DNA from: Oikopleura dioica
Taxonomy: Eukaryota; Animalia; Chordata
NCBI GenBank assembly: GCA_907165135.1
Contig: OU015567.1
Span: 7,192,001-7,256,000, forward strand
Length of the DNA: 64,000 bases
Reading direction: 5' to 3'
Below, in pieces: positions 24,078-35,176 of this stretch. The notes beneath the pieces are model-generated. The model saw nothing but the letters and a program-made list of their open reading frames with translations. It made no database searches and was not told the DNA's origin. Each line of letters opens with the position of its first letter. Positions within the stretch are counted from its first letter, which is position 1. The translations under genes and the position numbers were made by a program.

Positions 24078-25265
24078 TTATTTCGGGATCCAAGCATTCG
24101 CAGCATCCTTCGTCAGATGAGTTTTCTTGTCGGTACCAAAAGCCTTTTCCAGCGCCCATGGCTTCGCATTCCACCATGCAGTCTGAAAGTTACAGTAGCG
24201 AAATTTGATTTGTTGATGTTTGTTCTTACCAGCTTCAGGCAGACAATGGTGATGAAAAGTCGTTTTTGGAAGATGGGCATTTTCGCGATGGAGGAGCCCC
24301 GAACTGAACTAAAGGACCACGTGAAACTGTAATTCTGAATGTCTGTATAAAATACCTCGTTCAGGGCAAACATATCAAAGGAAAAGAGGTCTGCATCATC
24401 CAAAAAGTCGTTGGCTAGATCACTAGAACAGCGCGTTATCTATGAATTGATTTTGTTACTCTACTTGTATCTGTTTTTCGTGACAAATTCCGAGGTAAAT
24501 TTGACCGTGCTGTCCTCCTCAATGTCTTCGATTTCGTCGCACACGGCTAGATTATCGTTAATTGGAGGTAAAGCTCCTCAACCGCTGCTCATAAAAGAGC
24601 TGGTTATATTTTACGCTGAGAGCTGTCGCGGTAAAGGTCATGACTCGTTTATAATACTACGTCAATCAGCAGAAAATGATTTAATTGCTTCCATTCTGAG
24701 CCTTTTAAATGTCATGTCTCTTTCATGCTCACTTCAGGATACAAGTTATCCTCTCGGCTATCATAAAAATAAACCATGGCCTTTCGATAACTACCTGATG
24801 GAAGAGTCTTGCGTCTGCAGCAGTCCTCCATGCGATTGCCGACTTTTTCCAAATGAAAAGAAAGACATTCAAAGCATTTGTCACATTCTTCCCTCACTCC
24901 TCTTGAAAGCCGACCAGAATTGTGAAACGGGCATTTGGCGCAGTTCAAAGCAGGTCGTTGAATTTCGTGCGAGTCCCAGAGTAATCCGATGCTTCCAACG
25001 GTCTTTTCCAAATGACTTCCGCGAAGGGATTTTAGAGCATCGGCCAGGGGGACTTTTTCGACGTCTGTTTCATACGATTTCGGCCGGATGTCTAAACCAT
25101 GAAGACTGCAAATCGCGTAGCTCCTAAAAATTTCATAGAAAATCAGAGCCTCGAAACTCGATCCTGAATTTCCTCCCTTTTTTACCTTTCACAGACACTA
25201 TCAAAGCTAACTTCCTCATCTGCTGCTTCTAAAAACTTCAGAAGAAGAATTCCCAGTCTGACCAT
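24078..25265 (-). CDS. Spliced Cys-containing protein of unknown function
   Basis: A chain of open exons separated by short GT-AG introns (CAKCPFH...ECDKCFEC; last exon TAWWNAKPWALEKAF...WIPK*). Start uncertain. Confidence 0.45.
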
Positions 25266-25628
25266 TTCGATATTATCTTTCTCTTTTTACTGATAAATGA
25301 CTCTTTTTACGAAACACGGCAGTTTTGAAAATACGAGATTCGGATGAGTTTTCGACAAAAACGTTGTAAAGCGCGATATTTTCTGGTTGACGGCGCTCCG
25401 GCTCCTTTGTCAAACTATTCAAATTTGCTCTAGCGTCGTATTCACTCGGCTACTCTGCTGTTTGTTCACTGAAAATCACAGTTCAAAAATATAAGTTTCT
25501 ACTGAGAAAAATAGCGTAATGATATAATAACGTCATACTTATTGTTCTAGCTATTCTTTAAAAGTCCTTTGTCTGTGTGAAAATTTATGATCTTTGGAAA
25601 GATCACTGCTCCCAGCTTCAAAAGCAAC

Positions 25629-27225
25629 ATGAAGTTGTTCGCGAGTTGCCTCGTTTTTTCTTCCTCTGCAGAGATTGCCCTGTCTTCTGATGATTTAGCA
25701 AAGTTCAAGTGCAGGTCAAGCGGAAGCTGGCAACTTCCTCAGAGCTGTGGGTCCTCGGTAAATAATATCGGCTGATTTTTTTTATTGTTTTTATCTGATT
25801 AAAGTGCACCGATTCGGACAAGGCAAATATAGCATGTCAAGTTAACCTATCAATTGACCCCAGTGATGAAAACTTTTTGGTAAGTATTTGCTTTCTATAT
25901 CTTTTAAAGAAAGTATCAGCTGTTCACTTCCAACGGCGTCCCTGACCACAATGCATGCGCTGCGGCGCCGCAATCAACCGTCGACCCTCAGAATTACTCG
26001 TACAAGATTCCTCGAGAACCGGTCAAAAGGGCTGGCAATCCGGAAGACTTTGGTACTACCAACATGGCGGAAATCGGCTTTGCAATAAATGGAGTCCCAT
26101 TTTACAACCCCTACGACGCTGCTTGCTGCGATGCGGGATTGTACGAGCTACATGCGCTGGATCTTTGCTATGCTCATCCAAATGGTCAAGGAGGCAGGTA
26201 TCATTACCATGTTTGGTCTCCCTGTATCGCAGAATGCACTGGTGAGTCTGAACTGGTCGGCATTGCCTTAGACGGGTTCCCAATTTACGGCCCTGGAATC
26301 AATCCGGAAACTGGCAAAGTCTGGTCCCAGAGCGACATGGACTTTTGCGGCGGAAAAGAAGTTGATGGAAAGTAAGTTCATTTTCAAAAGAATTTTACGC
26401 CAACTATTCTAGATATGCGTACTACGTTACAGTTGACTTTCCTTATGTGTTACAATGTTACCGTGGGGAAACGAGCTCGACCTTCAAAGATGGACAGGAG
26501 TTCCGTGCTACAGGAACATGCGCGCCGAACAATGAAGGCTGCAGCCCGGGTGCTGGGGGCGGGCCTGGAGGTCCAGGAGGACCAGGAGACTCTGGTGGGC
26601 CAGGGGGTCCAAGAGGTCTACCAGGAACCAGGCCAAATCATCACGCTCACGGTCGAAAACGAAGAGATATTCATGATCAAACTGAGAGTTGGTTTCAAGA
26701 GCTGGAGAACCTTACTAATCTTGGATACACTTCGTCCTACTCCAAAGAAATCCTGAGACATGTTGAAAAGAGGCAAGATTCTTCTTCAGTTCTTCTTAAA
26801 AAATCTTCTTTAGCCGAACAGTCAGAAGTGTTGAAACTCTATCCTCTGCTATTGATGAAGTCATCTCTGCAGGCGACGGTCGATTCACGAAGGAAATCTA
26901 CTTGAAGCACCTGAGCTACCAGTGCAATTCATGCAACGGGCCTAGAGATCTTTACGTATGTTCGTATCCATCGACAGATTTTTTAATCTTTTAGTTGAAC
27001 TGCACGGCGGGGAGACATGATACATGTACTGGAGAACGAAGTCTGTTTACGCTCCAAGATGAGGATACTTCTGTGAATAACGGAGACGGAGGGGATGCAG
27101 GAGACAGAGAAAATAATGAAGATGGGGGAAACAATGGAGATACCGCGGAAACTGGAGGAAATGGAGCAGGTTTCAATACTGTTTCAATTTCTGTACTGTC
27201 GATGATGTCATTATTTATGCGATGA
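25629..27225 (+). CDS. Secreted, probably GPI-anchored YHYH-domain protein
   Basis: Signal peptide, then SNGVPDH, IGFAINGVPFYNPY, DLCYAHP...RYHYH, GIALDGFPIYGP, DFCGG...YAYYVT..FPYVLQCYRG. These are followed by a Gly/Pro linker, an RKRR site and a hydrophobic C-terminus. Confidence 0.85.
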
Positions 27226-27808
27226 TATACCGTATTTCTCTTAGATATAGAATAAAGGATTTGTTAGAATAAATAGCTCATTTACTCCGCAGCAAAAATA
27301 ATTGCGCCAAGTTGTGATAAGTGCACTAAACCGAGGATGTTGGACTTCTTGCGCATCTGGCTAAGATTGTGTTCGACAGGCTAATCCTTGACTCAACCTT
27401 TCGATTGCGAGATAATTGATGTTTTCACAATATAAAGTTGTATCTGAAGAATTTGTCGAACTCACAATTCGCGAAAAAAGAGGAACAGCGATGTTAGAAT
27501 CGAAAAAAAAGAAAGATGAGATATTGACAATATCATATTGTTTTGCCGTGGAGGATTAGACCACTTTTAGTATAAAGCATTTGTCCAAAAACCTTCAGAT
27601 GATGAAAGGTTTTAGTTTTTAGCACAGCTATAGCATTCGGAGAGGAGGAGCAAAAGAAATGAATAATTAACAGTAAATTATTGATGAATATTAAACGAAT
27701 TGCGAATTGACAGAATCGATCTCGATTTACAGGAATTCAGAAATAAGTACAGAGTTTGAGCGTTAATTATGAAGAGAAACAGTACCTGCCACGTAGATAG
27801 GCCAATTC

Positions 27809-28811
27809 GGCAGCAACCGTTTTGCCCGTTTTGCCGTTCTGCCCCAATGCCGTTTCGCCCCGAATGCCGTTCTGCCCGTTCAGGGCAAAACGGAAAAATG
27901 GGCTGAACGGCATTTCGGGCAAAACGGCATTGGGCAAAACGGCATTCAGAAAGTAACCAATTTGAAAAATTTAAGTCTTTATTCTTAAAAATTTAAACCT
28001 TTTAACCTGTTCAATCATCAATTTACTTTCAAATTTCAATCAATCAAATCTATTTTTGGAATTTCCGATTTCCAAACGCACTATAAAGTCCAGCCCGAGT
28101 CAGAATCGAATCAGTTCCGTCGGCTCCAATCAAAAGGTTTTTTCAGGTTTCGAGTATTATTTTTCAAGTACCTACCCCATTTATGGGTATTCTATTATAA
28201 AACCCGAGGAGCGGGCCTTTATACCCTCTAGGTATCTGACCTAAAATTACAGTCTGAAATTGGTACTTGGCATACCGATTGGAACCGAGAGGTACCGGTC
28301 GGTAAAAACTCAATATGAAATCAAAGTATTCATCAAACTGACAACCTTTTCTGATAGAAATCACGGTCAAAGGGGGTCGGTGGTCGAGAATTCGACCCAG
28401 TTTTTCTAAAGCTTCCAATATTAGTGCTTAGTAGTACCTACCTATTAACTATTCTAAATCTATTTTTGGAATTCCCGATTTTTACAACCGACGTTCTCAC
28501 TTCTGCAGAGATTAGCAGGCGCAACGCTGAGATCGAACTTTTTTTTGAGGTGACAAAAAACTCGAACTCATTGTTTTCGTTTCGTGTAAATTTTAATTAT
28601 TCAGTATAATTAGCTAAATTCCATCATAATTAAGTAACTTTGCCCTCATCAGCTAATTGAAAATTATTATCGAAATGAACGCTTCAAAAATGCCGTTTTG
28701 GCCGAAATGCCGTTCAGCCCATTTTTCCGTTTTGCCCTGAACGGGCAGAACGGCATTCGGGGCAAAACGGCATTGGGGCAGAACGGCAAAACGGGCAAAA
28801 CGGTTGCTGCC
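27809..28811. mobile_element. Mutator/Foldback-like MITE with about 125-bp TIRs of ATGCCGTT(T/C)TGCCC subrepeats
   Basis: Termini GGCAGCAACCG / CGGTTGCTGCC; perfect 9-bp TSD GGCCAATTC (27800-27808, 28812-28820). Confidence 0.9.
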
Positions 28812-28963
28812 GGCCAATTCAGCCCATTTTCTGGAAGAGGACACCTTGTCCGATTTGAATATTTTAACTGCGCACTTCTGGCCGAAATAAAGCCTGCTTT
28901 CCAAGTTTAATTTTATACTATTTTTCAGACGGACAGAAATTAAAACAAAAGAAAAACGAGACC

Positions 28964-29247
28964 ATGCAACTAAAAATATGCCTCCTACTCGTCGGAATCG
29001 TCCAGGTACCAAACTCTTCTGAAATCAAGGAGGACTGATTAACCCGCTTTAGTCACGATTCTACAAGAAGGCTCAGAGCGAAGCAGCGGCGAAAAGAGGC
29101 GACGAAAAAGCATCTTACTGTACTGCTGAAATCTGCGACAACTGCCGTAAACATATTATCCTTTCTTTCGGCCAGGGTCCCTCGGAAACGACAGAGTCTT
29201 GCAAGCAGATTTGGATTGAACCGGACTGTTGCTTCTCGCTTCTTTGA
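28964..29247 (+). CDS. Small secreted Cys-rich prepropeptide (78 aa)
   Basis: Exon 28964-29005, 47-nt GT-AG intron, exon 29053-29247: MQLKICLLLVGIVQS-RFYKKAQSEAAAKR-GDEKASYCTAEICDNCRKHIILSFGQGPSETTESCKQIWIEPDCCFSLL*. Confidence 0.7.
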
Positions 29248-29294
29248 AAATGAATGGTACAGGTAGGAGCTTCTGTTATCATCAGACTGGGATT

Positions 29295-29416
29295 GGCAAC
29301 TTGTGTAGCAAACCTAAGTCAGGGTCTTGAAAGAGCTATCTTAGCGGCTTCGATTTTACAATACCCACAGCGTGGCTCTTTCTTTGCCCTGACTTAGGTT
29401 TTCTACACAGGTTGCC
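29295..29416. mobile_element. MITE family A copy
   Basis: ggcaacttgtgtagcaaacctaagtcaggg ... ccctgacttaggttttctacacaggttgcc. Confidence 0.8.
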
Positions 29417-29749
29417 GACCCCAGTTCTCGATCATCCTTTTTCTAGCGCTCACATCTTGCTAAAACTGGAAGAGGAGCAAAATCTTCACCTTTTTAACCC
29501 TTCGCCGCGCAATTACCAACCTGGAATATGAAAAACTGGAATTGCCCTGCTCTTTTTTACTTCATCGATTCTGCTCTTTCCTATTTCTTGCCAGTTTTGC
29601 ACAATTTTTTTGAATAAAAATAATGACAAAGAAGGCTTTTTAGAACTCGAGCGTGGTGTTATTTTGAACTCCCAAAGACAGGATACATGTTTGATCCAAT
29701 AAATAGATGGTGGTGATTTCTCGTTCGTCGGAAAACAGGTTGAACAGGT

Positions 29750-30452
29750 TTAAGCGACCTGGATGTCGATGGTTCGCTCGCCGTCGATGCTGTCCTGGGT
29801 GAGGTCGGGGGCGGCGAAGTTGATCTCGGGGAAGACATCCATGTTTCCACCTGAAATGACAGTCAAATTGATTGAAAATGCCCTTTGGAAAATTATTGGA
29901 ACATAGATTTGAACCTAAACTTGAAAATTAAAAAAACCGCTTGCGAAGAAGCTTTAATAAAAAGCCTTCTAGCCGCTAGAATCTAGCGGTTTTCTCAGAA
30001 ACGAAGCCACAAAGCGGTTTTGCCAAGATTTCAATTCGAACAGTTATAAACTAGATGTTACCCTGACTCAGGTTTACTTTACAGGTTGCTGAGCTCAGGC
30101 TCCTGGATTTCTTGAGTTCTATTTTTTGAAATTGAATTAATTTTTTTCCTCAATAAAATGTTCGAAATAAAGAGTTAGTCAGTGTTATCTTATGTGAAAA
30201 TTAAGGGGTTATACCTCCGTAAGTTCGGGAAAGTCGCTCCTGAATGTCAGCTCGTTCCTGGGCGAAAGCAGCGCCGCCGTCGACGATTCCTTCGGTCTCA
30301 GATCGAGACTTGTACTCTCGGATCTACGAGATTCTATTGAGTGGATGGTTGCGGCGATGATTTGGTACCTTGTTGAGGAAGATGGCCTGGACGGGGTCGA
30401 CGGATCGTCGGGTGGTGGAGACGGAAAGGGCTCGGGCGGCGACTCGGAGCAT
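29750..30452 (-). CDS. ATP5PF: ATP synthase peripheral stalk subunit F6 (coupling factor 6)
   Basis: Exons 30452-30369, 30323-30215 and 29850-29750 give MLRVAARALSVSTTRRSVDPVQAIFLNKIREYKSRSETEGIVDGG...YGGGNMDVFPEINF. The DP(V/I)Q.LF..KIREY and M..FP.F.F signatures match F6. Confidence 0.9.
29930..30090. mobile_element. Degenerate MITE family A copy in ATP5PF intron 2
   Basis: Right TIR ccctgactcaggtttactttacaggttgct (30061-30090) plus internal aaacgaagccacaaagcggttttgcc; left TIR not recognisable. Confidence 0.6.
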
Positions 30453-30849
30453 TCTAGAATAGAACACTTGTTTTCATTAGATTTTCTGGGTTTTTTAATT
30501 GTTGTGTCTGTCGCTTACAGGTAAATTTTTTCGCATAACTGTTAGAATTATCAAATTGTTTGGTAATTAATGAATAAATTGACTACCCTTCTTCTATAAC
30601 TTTAATATTTTTATACAAATAACTGAACGAATAATAAACAACCATAATAAAAATTACTTTTCCGAGTTTTAACAGAACTAATTTGAAGAAACCCGTTTTC
30701 AATTCAAATAACGCCTAAGTTCTAGAAATTCTTCTGGACAACAGGATCTTCTTCTTTAAAATCTCTTATCACTTTCCCACGGTCGAAAGGGAAAAAGGAA
30801 AAGCATTAGGAACTCTAGAAAAACTCGAGAAAGTCGAAAAAGCGGCGAT

Positions 30850-30915
30850 TCTTCGATTCGCGCCGTGCTGCCTACGCGCGCGAAATTGAAGCCCTCATTG
30901 GCTCAGCGCCGTTGG
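30850..30915. promoter_or_regulatory. Candidate bidirectional promoter between ATP5PF and ATP5F1E
   Basis: GC-rich patch with CGCGCG and ATTGG (inverted CCAAT, 30897-30901) midway between divergent ATGs, flanked by AT-rich outron-like sequence. Confidence 0.5.
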
Positions 30916-31285
30916 GAGAGAAACAATCAGAATGAATGAGAAATTCGCTCCGACGTAGAATTTCTAGATTTTCACAAGAGAATGGAATTTCTACTCGCCT
31001 GAGGGCAAGAACGAATCGCCCAAGAGACAGAAAATGACTATTTCTTCAAATCTGTTAATTCTTATCTAATTCTATATTATAATGACTATAAATTTATAAA
31101 ATGAAATCATTAGAATCTCCCTAAATTCCGTAAAATGCGTGCTCTCTTAAAATTGTTTTTCTTTTTTAAAATTAATCTTATTCATAAATTAGTGTTGCGA
31201 TATTTCTGTAGTCAACCAATGATGACTCTCATAAACTTAGAAAACTCGTTAATCTCAAATCTCTCTATTTTAGTTCGAAATTAGA

Positions 31286-31525
31286 ATGTCTACCTGGAAA
31301 GCCGCCGGTATCACCTACGTCCGATTCTCCGCCATCGCTGCTGGAGCTCTCAAGCGAGGCTTGAACGCCGAGGCCATTGGTAAATTCCTTTATCAACGCT
31401 AGAATCAACATTTCGTAGCCAAGCGAGCCGGTGGATCTGGCCAGAACATCATCGCCCGACAGTGGGCTAACGGCAAGCCCAACGGAGACTTCATTATCGG
31501 AAACAAGGTCATGGAAGCTCTTTAA
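31286..31525 (+). CDS. ATP5F1E: ATP synthase F1 subunit epsilon
   Basis: Exons 31286-31379 and 31419-31525: MSTWKAAGITYVRFSAIAAGALKRGL...; the W..AG.(S/T)Y.R.S.I.A motif of epsilon. Confidence 0.9.
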
Positions 31526-32826
31526 ACGCTCTTCTCCAGCTCTAGAATCCCCCTGTTCGACTGTTCAAATTATTTATTCGTCTCCAGCCCTCGACTGAAC
31601 TGTCGAAAACGGCGGCCTTGAATTCGTAGAAAAATACAATACAAAAACACACTCCAAAGAAATAAAAACGAGAAAAGAATCGAAATCGAGATTTCAAAGA
31701 AGTCGATTTCAAGAACTTTTGTTCATCATTAGCTGTTTTATTGCATGACTTGAACAGATAAAAAGATTTATACAGGATGTATCTCGGAAATTCGCTCGTA
31801 CTGTAGCGCTTTCAAAAATAGATGTTAATAATGTGCCTATTGAATGCATAATCGACAACCTGCTTGAGGCAGTGCGCGAGGCTTCTGCATCATTTTAAGA
31901 ATTTATAATATTTATTCATTTGATAGTCGAAAGTTGAGTTTTTATACCAAATGCACCCGCGGGGCTAAATTGATCGAGGGATTTGCGTTTGAATAAAGAG
32001 CAGCTTATATCATTGATTTTGGATTATTGACAGTTGGATTAACCAATTTGATTAAGAATTTTTGATAAAAATGAACATTTATCTTAATTTAAGAAATCTA
32101 AGTCTTCAAAACAATTTTTGGAAAGCGAGAGCCTGAACATGACTTTGATGGGTTCTGCTGTCTTGTTGCCTCTGTTTCGCCACATCAAAAATGATCCCAT
32201 AACTGTGTCTTCTGTTTCCATTAGATTTCTTGATGATTGGTTTTGAAAGAACATTTCTCTGGAAAGTATAAGAGTTTGCTAAGGCTCTCCACATCTTGTT
32301 CCGGATTTTGAGGAGGATTAAGATTGAGGCAATGCCTACTGAAATTCTCGTCGAGGGTTTGATTTTCAGCTTTTAATTTGCGCTAGAATTATCAATCAAA
32401 AATCAACCCTTTGCCCAATTATGTGCAGCATGTAAAGCCGCTCGTTTACGATTTGATTCATTTTCTCTCTTTCTTTCTATTTTGTTTTATTTTCCCGAAA
32501 TGCCATGCCAAAGCCCCTAAGCCGCACTTGAAAGCGCTCAAGAATGACTCAAGAAAAGGATTTTTCCGAAGTGACTTGAATTCGCGAATTCAATACGAAT
32601 ATTTTCCCGCTTCCAAAGGCAGCCCTGTTTTTCATGCATTCACAAATATTTGTGGCTTGGCGAAATACCAATTCTATAGTTAAAAAATTCTTGTTAATAA
32701 TTTTATTTTTATTTGAAAGACAAGAAAATCTACTTGCACAAAGTGGCCATTCTCGTGCAAAGCATATTTTCATGCTTATTTTTGTTAATTTCGTATTTAC
32801 AGAACAGTTAGAAACAATCTCTTTTC

Positions 32827-34110
32827 TCAGCCAGACTTGCCCTTCTTCTTGCATTTTCTGCCCTTGCATTTTGGAGGCGGCTGGTTCAGAATTGGCGCGT
32901 TTACTTTGACTTTCTTTTCCAACCCGTCGATTCGTTTGAGGAGAGCTCGCTGATTTGCGCAGAATTTCAGGTCGGAAAGGATGAATCCTCGAGCGCCCTA
33001 GAAATAGCTCTCTCTCTGTCTTTCGGAAAAAAGATGGAACCTGTAGCATATTGAACCAGATTCGTTTTGGCCCAAGTTTTCCCTTCTTCTTTCCTCGTCT
33101 TCCTCGCACCTAAGTCATTCACTTGACAAAATCATGGAAAAATAAGAAACTAACATTGAGACTAGAAGCGATAACTCCATCTTTGCTCTCTCCAGGATTC
33201 TTCTCGCCGAATTCGTCGTCGTAGTCGGAAGTGTGGTCTAATTTTCTATGTAAGCATAAATTCATATTAACCGAACCTACCTCCGTAAAGAATGTAATCT
33301 TCATAGTTGTCATACTCTGCGTACTCATAATCGTAGTCATAGTCGTAGTCGTAATCGTAGTCGTCATCATTGAGCTCTGTTTCACGACGTTTTCGCTCGA
33401 CCAAATCGTCCTAAAAGGCATTTTTGGGGGGTCAAAAGCTTGATTTTTAGTACATTGAAGAGTCGGGAAGCTTTTCGCTCAGACTGACTGGCTTTTCTGG
33501 CCGCTTTCTTGTCCATTCTCGAGTTTCGTCGACCTTGCTGGGTCATTTTTCGTTGATATCTTTCTGTCTCGTCGAAAGGAAGGCACTGGTTGCTTCTGAA
33601 AAGAGGTTGGAAAAAGTGGGGATGAGCTGTTTTTCCACCTTTGGCCAGGAAGCGGAAGGGAATTTTTAGTCTTGCTGTCGATTTTGTTCAGAAGATTGTT
33701 GATCTTCTTCTTGTTCGATTTGACATTCTTTTCGGCAAATTGTTTCACTAATTTTGTGATGGCTCCCCATCGTTGCTACATTTGAGTTATTCTAGCTTTT
33801 TTCTCTTTTCATCGATAAATTAAAGGAATAGCTTCTTTAGAACTCTAACTGAGGTCCCATTTTCTTCTTTTTCTTTCCTCGCTTGGCCTTTTTCCTTCTT
33901 CGACCGCGTTCAAATGAGGCTGAAATTGTTCATAAAACACGAATGATGGTTCTTCCTTGATTTCAGTGGACTTTTTTTATGAATAAACTTACCCAAGCTG
34001 CTGCCTTTTCCCTTGGCTGCTCGCCTAACAAGCGATCTCTCTGCATTTTCGACACTCAAAGTTTGCCCTAGAATGCCGCTAAAAATCGTGAAAATCGGCA
34101 AGAGTCGCAT
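32827..34110 (-). CDS. Secreted basic protein with an acidic (DY)n tyrosine tract
   Basis: Signal MRLLPIFTIFSGILG; Lys/Arg-rich exons; RKRR-ETELNDDDYDYDYDYDYDYEYAEYDNYEDY; last exon ...PPKCKGRKCKKKGKSG*. Some internal junctions uncertain. Confidence 0.6.
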
Positions 34111-34443
34111 TCTCTTCCCAACTCAAAATAAATTTATCTAAAACGCAAAACCGCAACAAACTAATACTGAATAAAGGCAAAAAAGATCATGATGACTCGC
34201 GCTCGCGTTCAAGGGCGCCATCGAGTGGTACACTTTTTTGGCTGCAGCGCTGAATTAAGGAACTGCTACTATTTTGGGATGGAGAAGGTCGTCGGGAAAT
34301 AGGATCGGGATTAATTATCCAGCGCTGAAGTCATTTTTTGCAGATGTCGTATTTTTGTGCGACGAAGCTTATGAATGATATAAGAAATCAATCAAATAAT
34401 GAAAAGGACTTCCTCCTTGATTTCCGCTCGGATCGTGGGCTCA

Positions 34444-34586
34444 GGAACCTGTGTAGAAACCTTAATCAGGGTCCTGAAAATGCTGAAATAAATGGCAAAT
34501 TCTTGCTTAGCCAGAATATGAACAATAGATTGAGATGGCTAGAAAGCCATTTTCAGGACCCTGACTCAGGTTTCTACACAGGCTGG
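34444..34586. mobile_element. MITE family A copy
   Basis: ggaacctgtgtagaaaccttaatcagggtcctgaaaatg ... cattttcaggaccctgactcaggtttctacacaggctgg. Confidence 0.8.
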
Positions 34587-35176
34587 GGATCCCAAATCGG
34601 CATCATAGAATTTTGAGCAACTTGAGCTTGAGCAGCAATCGTCAATCCAAGAAGCAGTTGAAGAGTCGTCAGAGTAAACTTTCAGTGGCGTAAAACATTT
34701 CCGCGAAAGCGAAAAAAGCTGTCGCGGCGGGAGTATTTTGCCAATATTTGAGCTCTTTAGGAATTCACAATTCGGGACATCATTTTTCGTTTATTTTAAG
34801 CAATCAAAAGATTAGCCCTAGCGCATTTTCTCAACCACTCAGCAATTTCGAATTTCAACAACAGAAGACAAAAAGAGACGGAAGAAACAAAAAAGGTAGA
34901 GGTCGAATTTTCGTTACAGTTATAACAGTAGGTTCAACGAAAAATGCGACTTTTTTGCCGAGAAAAGCGGAAAATCCTTCTTTTGAAAAGTGGAGATCTG
35001 AAGATCAATTGAAATTACAAAAGTTAATCCAATCAATAATTTTAGCGCCGCGGGTTTGCTTCTGTTTGGGATCTGGAGCGGCTTCTGGGCACACACAAAA
35101 CAACTTTTTATACTGTCAGGCAATCAACAATTTTGCGCAATTCGAATGAGAAAGATTTGAGGAAGATTGTGTGAGA

